From a virus: DNA of 64,000 nt. Every line of letters begins with the position of its first letter. The stretch's first letter is position 1. Under the pieces are notes generated by a model. That model searched no databases. It saw only the letters and a program-made list of their open reading frames with translations, and was not told where the DNA came from. The stretch covers positions 1-64,000 of IMG/VR virus record IMGVR_UViG_3300031707_000005; one strand, 5' to 3'. A program made the position numbers and the translations under genes. Shown here piece after piece: positions 27,063 to 37,033 of the stretch.

Positions 27063-28883
27063 TCATGCCGAGTCTTCAGACTGTCCGAATCTATCACCCT
27101 TCTTCTTAATCATTTTGAGACCGGCATTTGTGACAATTTTCTCTAGTGCATCGGTTTCGTCAATAGCTTTATCTCCAGCCTTCTGGAGAACATTTTTTAA
27201 GAATTCATTGAATGTTGAGTCATTCGGGGTAAACATATCACGCTTTAGCTCTTCAAGAGTTTCGTCTGAATCTATATTCAGGAGTTCAAGAATAAACGAA
27301 ATCGGAAGTGATCCCTTTTGATAGAGATTAAACATGAAGTCTTGGAGCTCCGTATTATCTCGGAGGGCAAGACGAGTAAACTGAAGTTTCGGATAAAGGT
27401 ATACCTTATTTCCGAATTCATCGATTTCAAAGAATCCTTTTTTCTCTGCAACGGGTTCAAAAAGCTGCTCCTCAACAAATTGGGCAATACTCTCCCGGTA
27501 CAGAAGATACATCGTATTCATGACATCAAGATGAATTCGTTCACCAGAGTAAGTTGACTCTCCGGTCAACATTGACTCAGTGATACGAAGACCGATGAAC
27601 AAGAGCTTATTTGTAATCTCATATTCAGTTCCGAGATCAAGAAGACGATCTCGTGATCCAATTTCATCCCAATGAACTTCAAAGTTCGTAACAACAGTGA
27701 AATCAGGATCAATAATAGCTTGATCTATTTGATCACGCAAAGCATCAACGTCTGGTTCAGACATCTTATCTGCCCATATGATACGTTTCGGAGTCATCGC
27801 ACGAGACGCAATTGAAGTTTGGGCTTGACGAAGTTTATCTTGATATAAAAGAGTACGGAGACAACGTTCTAAAAGTGATATTCCACGCTCATCATATGAT
27901 GACTTCTTGTGGGAAAGATGGTGGCAAAATGATGAACAAAGAAAAGAATCATATGGACTTGAATTAAGAGGTATAGGTTGTCCAGACATCAAGTTTTCAC
28001 GGATTTGCTCCGGAATATCATCAGCAATACGTGCCGACTCTTCGTCGTGTTGTTCCGTAGCCTTCATAACGAGAAGTCTATCCTTCTCGGAAGGAATAAG
28101 TTCTATTTTCGCTTTATTTGTATACTGAAAAACCTCAAGCTTAACTTGTTCTGGAGGAAGAATTTGGAGTCTTTCCCACCCAGTATAATTCTCAGCCACG
28201 TACTCGCGGATGGTTTTATTCATCTCGCTTTCCGGTTTCATTGCGCGTTTACGCTCTGTTTTCGTTCTCGCACGACCAGCGTAATCAACTTCAACGACGT
28301 TTTCTTCAGCGGGTTCACCTTCTTTAGGAGGCTCAAGAAACATTTCGTCAGTTATACTAGAAGTAAGGTCATGGTCTTCACAGAAGATAAAAACGTTCCC
28401 GTGAAGCCAGTATTCATGGGTGGCATCATACAAAGTCTGAAATAAACGAACCCTCTTACACATTCTTTCATAAAAATGAAGAATTTGTTTGTTCCGGGTC
28501 TTGTCTTTTCCCTTCGGGAGAGAAAGACGAATTTTGCTCATCGGAACGTCTGTATGGAAATCAATAGCTGACCCAACTATAGGGTGTGTCGTGTACCAAA
28601 ATCTAAAAAGCTCACGTTTTTCACGTTCAGACTGAGGTAATTCAAGAAAGTCTGTGGAAAGCTGAGGACTATAAAATGCAGAGTCGGCATTCGCAATGGC
28701 ACTGGAACCAGAGTTCCCGAAACCACCGGCAAATGAAGCAACACGAATAGACTGAGAAGCTTCCTTCCTAGCCATCTTCTCGAGCTTTGACAATCTAGAC
28801 TTAGTAGCAACCTGTTCTTGTGCCTCAACGACAGGAAGACCTGGTCGCGGGGGTTGAACTCCTGTCCGTGGTTTCTTAGGCAT
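27063..28883 (-). CDS. Portal protein
   Basis: 606 aa near terminase; RFWYTTHPIVGSAIDFH, EYWLHGNVF, RGISLLERCL..L, LTGESTYSG. Confidence 0.8.
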   Translation of the reverse strand: MPKKPRTGVQPPRPGLPVVEAQEQVATKSRLSKLEKMARKEASQSIRVASFAGGFGNSGSSAIANADSAFYSPQLSTDFLELPQSEREKRELFRFWYTTHPIVGSAIDFHTDVPMSKIRLSLPKGKDKTRNKQILHFYERMCKRVRLFQTLYDATHEYWLHGNVFIFCEDHDLTSSITDEMFLEPPKEGEPAEENVVEVDYAGRARTKTERKRAMKPESEMNKTIREYVAENYTGWERLQILPPEQVKLEVFQYTNKAKIELIPSEKDRLLVMKATEQHDEESARIADDIPEQIRENLMSGQPIPLNSSPYDSFLCSSFCHHLSHKKSSYDERGISLLERCLRTLLYQDKLRQAQTSIASRAMTPKRIIWADKMSEPDVDALRDQIDQAIIDPDFTVVTNFEVHWDEIGSRDRLLDLGTEYEITNKLLFIGLRITESMLTGESTYSGERIHLDVMNTMYLLYRESIAQFVEEQLFEPVAEKKGFFEIDEFGNKVYLYPKLQFTRLALRDNTELQDFMFNLYQKGSLPISFILELLNIDSDETLEELKRDMFTPNDSTFNEFLKNVLQKAGDKAIDETDALEKIVTNAGLKMIKKKGDRFGQSEDSA

Positions 28884-28912
28884 TGTATGTCAAATCGAAC
28901 GTAAAAAGTGTA

Positions 28913-29272
28913 TCACCGGAGCAGTTCCGGGTCTCGAATGGCTTCCTCGAGTTCGTTTCTCTTAGTCTGTAATGATTTCCCTACGGATTTAGTAACAGAC
29001 GAAGTCTTAGAACTAACATTTCTTATATCCTGTATTACTGCCTGAATGGCAAGACGCCGTGATACCATAGCAGCCCTCAAAGCAGGATTCTTATCACACA
29101 TTCGACGAAAGTGGTCAGCATCAACGAGGGCGGCTTCAAGAATCGGAGTAGCTTCAGACAACCGATTAGAAACCGACCCGAATAGCTTGAGAGCTTTTTC
29201 TAAGTCATCCTGACGATCGCGCAATTCAACAGCACTAAGTCCTCGCGATGGGTGATTTGACATATCTGCCAT
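28913..29272 (-). CDS. Hypothetical coiled-coil protein
   Basis: 119 aa ORF within the operon. Confidence 0.6.
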   Translation of the reverse strand: MADMSNHPSRGLSAVELRDRQDDLEKALKLFGSVSNRLSEATPILEAALVDADHFRRMCDKNPALRAAMVSRRLAIQAVIQDIRNVSSKTSSVTKSVGKSLQTKRNELEEAIRDPELLR

Positions 29273-29275
29273 GTT

Positions 29276-29563
29276 TTACCCTACTAGTCCGATAAACTTT
29301 GAAGCAATTCGAGCAGCAATCTTTCCAACCCCTCGAGACTTTACAAGATGGTCTAAGGCATCCTCAATAATCTTTACGGATCTCATATCACCATCCATGA
29401 GTGCCTGCCACGAGCCGCCTCGACGGTGAAAATCGTGATATAAACCTATGAAATCCTTATTCGACATTTCCTCATCGTCACCATATATATGATCCATAAT
29501 TTGTCGGGATATAGTATAGGCCGTCGTATCCTTAACACCGGCTTTGTTGTTAGAGTCATCCAT
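29276..29563 (-). CDS. Hypothetical protein with C-terminal IAARIAS motif
   Basis: 95 aa ORF within the operon. Confidence 0.6.
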   Translation of the reverse strand: MDDSNNKAGVKDTTAYTISRQIMDHIYGDDEEMSNKDFIGLYHDFHRRGGSWQALMDGDMRSVKIIEDALDHLVKSRGVGKIAARIASKFIGLVG

Positions 29564-29586
29564 TATGCTGAAAGAAGACGAAAGGG

Positions 29587-31533
29587 CTATGGAAGTCTCC
29601 TAGCTTGCCGTGAAGCTGTTCGAAGAGATCCTCCATGTAAACGAGTACGCTGTCGATGATATTGGTGATATCCGACACTAGATTGTCTTGAGGAATGTTG
29701 CGTAGCAATTTGACGTCCATTTGAGTCAAGAACTCCAGGATTTTCACGAACATGTTCCATAACAAGCATGATGGAACGGGCAAGTGAGTCAGACATATCG
29801 TCATGTTTCCCGGCTATTTTCGGGGACTCAACGGAAATCATGTTTTTTCCACTAGACGACGACTGAAGTTCAAGAAGTTCAGATATTAAAGGAGAATGTC
29901 GTACACTTCCACTTTCAGCCAAAGCCTGCTCTGGAATAGGCCAGTCATAAAGGGCGAGCTGACGGTTGAACATCGCCATCCTGAAAGTTTGCCACATTTG
30001 AGATGTTTCTGACGGAAAGAAATTTCGCATTTCAAATTGAGTCAAATTTTTCTTATGCAGAACTTGCTCAAAAACTGGACCTGCCCACTGATCGAAAACA
30101 CCGCGATACATATAAAAACGTTTCGATAGGGCAAAAAACCAGTTAGCTATCTCATCAAGATCAAGACGAGATTGATCCTGGAGTGTCATAGCATACGGAA
30201 CCATCGGAGCTTCGAGATGCGGATTAGCGTCTTTCCAATTCCTTTTCGGATACCAAACTTCATGATAAGCAAGTTCGATTTTCCCACCAGATATATGGGT
30301 GAGAGATATAGCCGTTCCATCGTTTGAAAGACCGAAATCAACACCGGCCCAGTGGGCTTCACGTGGGAATCCACGAGTAGCAGGACGCAAAGACGGGACT
30401 ATACAATCCTGCAAATCTTTCCAATTCTCGATGAAACCACGAACGCGATCAGAAAACTCAGCCCCATACTCAGTCATGAATGACTTCGGGTCTTTAGCGT
30501 ATTCGACCTTATAATCTTCTTGAGAAAGAGTCGGATTCACTTCCCAAGTCGGAGCTTGGATAATTAAAGTGTTTGAAGCTTCAACGCCACCAGACATGGC
30601 TTGTTGGTAAAGACGGTAAAAGAATCCCTCTTTAGCGTCCGGTGACGATATGAGAATCATGCGACCGTCTGTTGGACCGATCGGTTTATGTTTATCTTTT
30701 GAATCTTTCGGAGTAAACTGCTTTAATGATGGAGCAAGACCACGATATACCTGTTCAGCGCTACTCTTACCATCATCGATAAAAAATGCGATCTCGTCCA
30801 AAATAGCACAAATAACGCCACGACCACGAAGACCTTTTGCGATCGAACTTTTAAAAGTAGCAGTTATCGTTGCTTTCCCATCCGGTCCGAAACGTTTTCT
30901 ATCACTATCTGTTCTAAACTTCACATATGTTTGGGTGTCATGGGCAACGTTATTTTTAAAGTAATCAACTGCTTGAATATGAGATTGAATGTCACCGTAA
31001 ACGATGGATGCTTGCTCTTTATCATTAGCAATATCCAACACACGCATTTCAGAACCAGGAGGAAGGCCGTAATAAGCCTGCGGGGAACCGCGTTTCAGAA
31101 GTTTGTATAGCTCATACGCAGCAAAAATAGCCGCCATGGAGCTTTTACCAGAACGACGACCGAGAATTAAAATAAGTTCTCGACGAACTTTATCATCCTG
31201 TTCTTTAATATTGCATCGTCCCTGGTCATATAAATACTTAAGATATTCTACTTCAGTAAATTCATATTTTACACGATTGTTTAAATAATCCTTAACTAGA
31301 ATGGTTTTATTTACATCATCGAGCGGTAGGTTATAATACAGTTTAACAATAAATTTTTGAGCTGGGAAGAGACCATACGGAAAAAGTTTAAATTTTTCAA
31401 TAAATTCTAAAATTGAAAGAAAATCTTCATCACCGTTGCCTTCATCGCCATATTTATCACGACGTTTCTTTCCGATAAAGTCGGAAACCTCTCCAGTGAG
31501 TTGGCTTTGAAACTTTGGTTCTTTAGTAGGCAT
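29587..31533 (-). CDS. terL: Terminase large subunit
   Basis: Walker A LGRRSGKS, Walker B AILDEIAF, motif ISSP, RNase H-like GVDFG and HDDMSDS. Confidence 0.92.
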   Translation of the reverse strand: MPTKEPKFQSQLTGEVSDFIGKKRRDKYGDEGNGDEDFLSILEFIEKFKLFPYGLFPAQKFIVKLYYNLPLDDVNKTILVKDYLNNRVKYEFTEVEYLKYLYDQGRCNIKEQDDKVRRELILILGRRSGKSSMAAIFAAYELYKLLKRGSPQAYYGLPPGSEMRVLDIANDKEQASIVYGDIQSHIQAVDYFKNNVAHDTQTYVKFRTDSDRKRFGPDGKATITATFKSSIAKGLRGRGVICAILDEIAFFIDDGKSSAEQVYRGLAPSLKQFTPKDSKDKHKPIGPTDGRMILISSPDAKEGFFYRLYQQAMSGGVEASNTLIIQAPTWEVNPTLSQEDYKVEYAKDPKSFMTEYGAEFSDRVRGFIENWKDLQDCIVPSLRPATRGFPREAHWAGVDFGLSNDGTAISLTHISGGKIELAYHEVWYPKRNWKDANPHLEAPMVPYAMTLQDQSRLDLDEIANWFFALSKRFYMYRGVFDQWAGPVFEQVLHKKNLTQFEMRNFFPSETSQMWQTFRMAMFNRQLALYDWPIPEQALAESGSVRHSPLISELLELQSSSSGKNMISVESPKIAGKHDDMSDSLARSIMLVMEHVRENPGVLDSNGRQIATQHSSRQSSVGYHQYHRQRTRLHGGSLRTASRQARRLP

Positions 31534-31536
31534 TAA

Positions 31537-32133
31537 TCAACCGGCCACTTCAAGTAGTTTCTTCTCCCAATCCTGCATATCAGCTTCCATCTGCTTGAAG
31601 ACTACGTCGATGGTAGACTCAGGAAGGTCAGCTTTTGACATCGAGTCATAGACAAATTCCATCCACAAATGAAGAACTTGTTTAAACCTCGGGCTCTGGA
31701 GATCGAGTCTCTCTGCCCTAGTATTTTCTTGCCGTTTTTGTAGAACATCAGCAAGTTGCCGAAGAGAAGCTATACGTGAGATAGTATAATTAGCGGTATT
31801 TTTACCTTCTTCAGTTGCTTTCCGACGCTCATATTTAAGGTGAGATAACTCCTCAGCTATTTCATTTAAAACAGCATCAACAACATCAGAAACAGGAGCT
31901 TTCTCAGCAATAACCCGAACGAGTTTCTGAGAACTGACAAAATTTTCCCTTTTGCGAATTTCGCGTTCAATAAACCTGGGGTCTATAAGTTCAGTGGTGG
32001 GAAGATCCCCGCCCTGACCTACAACAAAATCAACACCAACTTCTTTGGTGTCAACTTTTTCACCACCAGGGAATGAGAGTAACTTCCCATTACTCCCATT
32101 CTTATCGCCATCTTTATCATCGGTGTCGCTCAT
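31537..32133 (-). CDS. Helical protein, candidate terminase small subunit
   Basis: Immediately upstream of terL with suitable size and helical content; position-based only. Confidence 0.35.
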   Translation of the reverse strand: MSDTDDKDGDKNGSNGKLLSFPGGEKVDTKEVGVDFVVGQGGDLPTTELIDPRFIEREIRKRENFVSSQKLVRVIAEKAPVSDVVDAVLNEIAEELSHLKYERRKATEEGKNTANYTISRIASLRQLADVLQKRQENTRAERLDLQSPRFKQVLHLWMEFVYDSMSKADLPESTIDVVFKQMEADMQDWEKKLLEVAG

Positions 32134-32155
32134 GCTTCACCGACTATACAAGTTG

Positions 32156-34132
32156 TTAATCGTCGAGGCTACCGCTAGGGATAAAAACATCAATCCCCCT
32201 TGACCTCGAGCCATTTAAATCTACAGAAAGCTCGCTCGAAAGTTCATATTTTTCAACAGGATTCTCAACAGGACCGGGCTGAATGACAGGAAGGCTCCTA
32301 GCCGCAGCAATATGTTCACGAACCTGGGTCGGGACCTGTCGAATCAGATTCTTAGCATATTTAGAACACCAACCGGGTGCAGTTTGAAGGGTGCATCCAG
32401 TGCATCCTCTGGAAGCAAGAACGCTCGAGGCACCCTGCTTCCGGAAGTGTTTAGCACCTTCAACGCACCCTTTACCATAATCCAAGTATGCGGTCGGGTC
32501 AATAAAATAATGACCCTGAACACCGTCATCAACGGATGCCCTACGACCAACTTCCGGAACCTGACGAAGGTCTTCAACTGAATAACGCTTAAGAAGTGCG
32601 CTTTGAAGAGCTCTACCGGAAAGACCGGTATTCATCAAATGAGAGAGAGTTCGACGAACCTCATCAGAGTCCATCTTGGTAGTGACACTAGAGTCACTTC
32701 GACCAGGATCACCGTAGTGAGCCGAAACGTTAATACCACTATATTCCGAAGGACCACTATTCGAAGGAGGCGAATAAAGATTAGCCTGAGAAGTGAGTTT
32801 AGCCCACGCAGCATTGTCGTTAACGGCACCAAGAGCCACGCTGACTTGACTGGACGCGATACGACCTTGAGAAACGGCACGTTCCATAGCGGAAATGAAA
32901 GCGGCTTTGCCAATATCCGGTTTTGAAGCCGTCAAAACAGAACGCTTGCAAATTTCAGCACAAGCCCCGTCTGATGCATGGTTACAAATAGAACAAGATG
33001 ACGATCTGCGAATGACGAAGTCAGGAGAGAGAGAACGCACATTCATTGTAGAAAGAGCGTTCCGACATCCACCGAGAGCATCCATATCAAGATATGTATG
33101 GCCAAGAATTCCAAATTCTCCGGCAAGAGAACGGACCTCGGGATCTATTGAAGCTACGAGAAAAGAACGATCATCCGCACCATTCATCATTCGACGGGCA
33201 TACTTAAACCAAACAGATGATGGCGTTTTTTCAAGTTTCGGAGCAGAGGCTGCCCTATCAAGGAAACTGGCAACATCTTGATTGGTAACCTGCGGCTTTA
33301 CCGGAGTGCGTTGTGTGTGAACAGTCTTAATTCCACCGTCGCGATGGGCAACCGGAGACTTCAAGAAGGCAGAACGAAGAATTTCTTTATATTCACGACC
33401 AGATGCCGATAAAATATCCGGACCAACTTTCGGAAGGGTTATCGGACGCTTTTCAGAGGCAAGTCGCGAAGCATAATGAGAAGCAAGATTTGCACCCCAA
33501 GGAACCTCATCTACAACGCGTTTGTTACCAAACGTGGCACACATGCCAGTTTCATGACAATTACACCCGTTTTTACCACCACATCCACCGATTACAAATA
33601 CAGCATTCTTTCCGAAGGTTGTCGCATATTTGCGTTCTTTCGGGTCACGGTGAGCATTTGGAAAATGGCTAGCATCAATATAAACATTCCCGAGAACACC
33701 ACGTTCATCCATGACTGAACGAATAGCATCAGCAGCTAATCTAATATCTCCAGGAGCGAATTCGAGACGAACTCGCTTCTCGATCTCAGCAGGAGGAAGA
33801 CCCGCCATAACTAGTCTAGCAACTCGGTTACGAATCGGGGAAGTTTGATCAGACTCAGAAGTCTGCATATACTCATTTGAAAGTGGATTTCGGTTCACAA
33901 TTGTATGTGGACGAAGCGGAATAAGTTGAGGAACATCTTCTTTCGAATCGGCAAGGAGAGCTTTTTGAAGCTCAGGGATAATATCTAAGTTTTGTTTAGG
34001 TAGGGCCTCAGCTGCCCTATAATCAATTTCATCGATTGCGAGCCACGACAAGTCAGATATACCTTGATTATGCATCAAGGAGGATATATCCCCTAAGCCA
34101 TGTTCGGAATAAATGTCTTTCTTATCAGCCAT
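32156..34132 (-). CDS. Cys-rich protein with three internal repeats
   Basis: GVLGNVYIDA / GILGHTYLDM / GVQGHYFIDP, each followed by Cys clusters. Confidence 0.7.
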   Translation of the reverse strand: MADKKDIYSEHGLGDISSLMHNQGISDLSWLAIDEIDYRAAEALPKQNLDIIPELQKALLADSKEDVPQLIPLRPHTIVNRNPLSNEYMQTSESDQTSPIRNRVARLVMAGLPPAEIEKRVRLEFAPGDIRLAADAIRSVMDERGVLGNVYIDASHFPNAHRDPKERKYATTFGKNAVFVIGGCGGKNGCNCHETGMCATFGNKRVVDEVPWGANLASHYASRLASEKRPITLPKVGPDILSASGREYKEILRSAFLKSPVAHRDGGIKTVHTQRTPVKPQVTNQDVASFLDRAASAPKLEKTPSSVWFKYARRMMNGADDRSFLVASIDPEVRSLAGEFGILGHTYLDMDALGGCRNALSTMNVRSLSPDFVIRRSSSCSICNHASDGACAEICKRSVLTASKPDIGKAAFISAMERAVSQGRIASSQVSVALGAVNDNAAWAKLTSQANLYSPPSNSGPSEYSGINVSAHYGDPGRSDSSVTTKMDSDEVRRTLSHLMNTGLSGRALQSALLKRYSVEDLRQVPEVGRRASVDDGVQGHYFIDPTAYLDYGKGCVEGAKHFRKQGASSVLASRGCTGCTLQTAPGWCSKYAKNLIRQVPTQVREHIAAARSLPVIQPGPVENPVEKYELSSELSVDLNGSRSRGIDVFIPSGSLDD

Positions 34133-34196
34133 TACGAGCCTCAAACTTATCAGGACACATAGTCATATTGAAAACACGGCTATCAAAGTCGCAAAC

Positions 34197-35300
34197 CTAT
34201 ATGGTCTCGAGCCTCTCCAAGTCCGCGATAATATTCGAGATATTTGCAGCACAGCGTCTGAACTGTGACGATACCTCGGGTTGAAGGATTGAATCAATCT
34301 CCAACTGAATAAGCTTCTCACGGATTGCGGATAAAGAAAACTTCCCATCCGACGCTGTCTTAGCAATCGGAAACTCGTCAAGTACATCCTTCACGAAAAC
34401 TGAATGACGAAGCTTAAGGCACCTGATGATATCAGATGCCAAAAACTGCGGCTGATTCTGACCGGACAAAAACGACATAATATGTCGACGCGTCAGGTCT
34501 TTCTTCCCAAACTTCTTTACGAAGTCTTGAGTCAACCCGGTAACAAGCTCAATATTGGTTGCCTGACGATGATTCATGGTTCCTGTCTCCGACGCAATAA
34601 TGCGACCTCCATTTTGAAGATCGCTCCTGTCGTAATCAACATTCTCAGAAAAATCCTCTGACGGAAAGCCCTGAGGACCCGATATATCTTCAGTCTCGTG
34701 TCCGGACCAAAAATTCCCGAGGGAATTCAGGAAGTTATCCATCGTAACTTCGTTCTTCTGAACTCCGGGAAGTGAATCTTCTTCAGTGGAATATGAACCG
34801 GAGTCCTCATCTGCCCATTCGTCGCCAGAAAAACCCATCTTCATATGATCGTAGTAGTCAGCTCGAGCTGATGGATTGTTCCCGTCATTCGGAAGCTCAG
34901 CTGTCTCAGCTACGGAAGGGGTTACAGGTTCCTTAACATCCATCTTTGGATGTTGATGGGTCGTATTAGTGTCTTGGTCACCTGGAAGCATTCCAGTAGC
35001 ATCACGAAGACGATCAGAGAGCTCCCTAGTATACGCTTCGATAGTAATAACTCGACCGTCTTGCGTAGTTATTCGACGATCTGCCGCGAACGTCTGCGGA
35101 TAACTTAATAGTCGATCAGGACCGAATGGGTCCGTACCATGCGTTCCAGGCAAAGCGTCGCCATGCGGCGAGGTTTCCGATCTCGGATCCTCGTCGTCTT
35201 CCCCACGTGAGGTAACACCGTTATCCGAGTCATAAGTCCCTATGCCAAACTCATTAACTGCTTTACCTAAGGCATTCTCTGTAGGGAGAGACGCAGGCAT
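34197..35300 (-). CDS. Acidic low-complexity protein, putative head-associated
   Basis: 367 aa; RQA, KTA motifs. Confidence 0.6.
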   Translation of the reverse strand: MPASLPTENALGKAVNEFGIGTYDSDNGVTSRGEDDEDPRSETSPHGDALPGTHGTDPFGPDRLLSYPQTFAADRRITTQDGRVITIEAYTRELSDRLRDATGMLPGDQDTNTTHQHPKMDVKEPVTPSVAETAELPNDGNNPSARADYYDHMKMGFSGDEWADEDSGSYSTEEDSLPGVQKNEVTMDNFLNSLGNFWSGHETEDISGPQGFPSEDFSENVDYDRSDLQNGGRIIASETGTMNHRQATNIELVTGLTQDFVKKFGKKDLTRRHIMSFLSGQNQPQFLASDIIRCLKLRHSVFVKDVLDEFPIAKTASDGKFSLSAIREKLIQLEIDSILQPEVSSQFRRCAANISNIIADLERLETI

Positions 35301-36668
35301 TCAAAATTCTACCTCCCAGAGGTCTTTCGGATCAACTTTTCTTTTCGGAGCCTCGATTCCTGCAGGAAGTATCGGAGCCGCTTGTTGACGCATCCAATCG
35401 AGGTCATCATCTGTGAGACCACGTTCGTAATAATTCAGATTCCGGTCATTCGAAGCACCAGGGAGCCATGAATAACTATCTTGAACTGAGATAGCAACAC
35501 GACTTGAGATTTTCAAAACTGTCTCATCACCATCGGTCGAGTTATCATCTCCAGTGACGCCATCCATCGTCCAATCCTCGTAAAGAGGTTTAGACATGTT
35601 TGTGCCACTCGGAAGGCCATCTCCGGCCAAGTCATCCGATCCAAATGAATCTCCATATCCACCACTCTCAGTCCCGGACGCACCAGGACCGATGTGTTTA
35701 ACTCGAGGGCCTGGAAGAGTCTCAACCGGTATCGAGGAACTACCGCCAGCTATCATGAACCGCTCAATAAATTGTTCGAACGAAATAGGTTCACGTTTCC
35801 CAGCAACTCTAGCTTCATGATAAGACCGATATGCCTTAAAAACACGAGCCATCGCTGATGAATATCCGCCTTCATTTGATGACGTGGTATTCATTACCAT
35901 TTCAGAAACAGTTTTACCCTGCCCCTGCTCGCCAGAGTCAGAAGGGAGTTCGGATCCAGGTTCTTCTGGTTCCGGATATTTAAGTTTCTTTAGGTCCTTC
36001 GCATCAGCAAAAGCATTCTCAGAGGCAATTTGAGAGAAGAAGTCATCATCTTCTTCTTCATCACTGTCATCATCCGATCCATCATCAAGGACAAAGCCCT
36101 CATCAAAGTCCTCAGGAACAGGATTTGAAATGGGTTTTTCGTCCTCTTCATCGTCGTCGTTGCCAGGACCCGGGTCAAACCCTTCATCTTCTTCAAATTC
36201 GTCTTCTATGAATCCTTCAGGGTTCCCCTTCACTTGCTCCGCATCTTGAACCATTCCAGAAATTTTATCATCAGAAACCCGCTTCCAGTGTTCTGCATTA
36301 ATTTCATCGTGAACGGTATCAGTAAAACTCGACATGGTCTCAACAGCCGTAGCAAGAGATTGCCTCATCTCTTTAACAGCTTGAATATACCCGCGACCAC
36401 CAAGAAGACCGTCCGGGGAAAAACCGGAAGACGGGATCTTACTAAACAACCGATATGCGGCGATGGCATAACTATGGGACCGTTGTGCAGCCCAAAGAAT
36501 TTTTGCTAAGTTCTTAAGATTTTCAGGAGTCCATTCAAACCCTTCAACCCGAATATCACGACGTACAGGACCGGAGTCCTTAACGAACTCGATTTTCCCG
36601 GCTGTACGAACAGTCCCATGACTGGATGCAAGTCTTCGGGCGATTGTGTCAAAATCCTTCGAATTCAT
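35301..36668 (-). CDS. Acidic protein, putative head-associated
   Basis: 455 aa; IARRLAS, VRTA, ARVA, SRVA; D/E tract. Confidence 0.65.
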   Translation of the reverse strand: MNSKDFDTIARRLASSHGTVRTAGKIEFVKDSGPVRRDIRVEGFEWTPENLKNLAKILWAAQRSHSYAIAAYRLFSKIPSSGFSPDGLLGGRGYIQAVKEMRQSLATAVETMSSFTDTVHDEINAEHWKRVSDDKISGMVQDAEQVKGNPEGFIEDEFEEDEGFDPGPGNDDDEEDEKPISNPVPEDFDEGFVLDDGSDDDSDEEEDDDFFSQIASENAFADAKDLKKLKYPEPEEPGSELPSDSGEQGQGKTVSEMVMNTTSSNEGGYSSAMARVFKAYRSYHEARVAGKREPISFEQFIERFMIAGGSSSIPVETLPGPRVKHIGPGASGTESGGYGDSFGSDDLAGDGLPSGTNMSKPLYEDWTMDGVTGDDNSTDGDETVLKISSRVAISVQDSYSWLPGASNDRNLNYYERGLTDDDLDWMRQQAAPILPAGIEAPKRKVDPKDLWEVEF

Positions 36669-36669
36669 A

Positions 36670-36924
36670 TCAGCTCTTTACAGGCCCATCCGAGTCATCA
36701 ATAAGACGCTCGATATAATACCCGTCGGTGTCTTGACCGAGTTTCCAAAAGTCATTCTGGGAAATTCGAACCAATTGGTCCTCAGCAATAATGCGAAAAC
36801 CGGCAAGATGGCTGAGATTCGCTACACGCATCTTCCCACTCGACGCAATTTTCAGTGCTGGTGAGGAGAAAAAATCGTCGATAGAACTCGACGAAAATCT
36901 CAAGTCCTCAATTTTAAGAGTCAT
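36670..36924 (-). CDS. Small hypothetical protein
   Basis: 84 aa, SD GAGG; KIAS and RVA motifs. Confidence 0.6.
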   Translation of the reverse strand: MTLKIEDLRFSSSSIDDFFSSPALKIASSGKMRVANLSHLAGFRIIAEDQLVRISQNDFWKLGQDTDGYYIERLIDDSDGPVKS

Positions 36925-37033
36925 AAATAAACCTCTCGATTAAACCCCGATGAAGGGCTTATGAGTTTCTTTGTCCTACGTCTAACGGCAGTATATAGTC
37001 CAGTATAAAACACTGGAACTGTCGTATAAAGGA

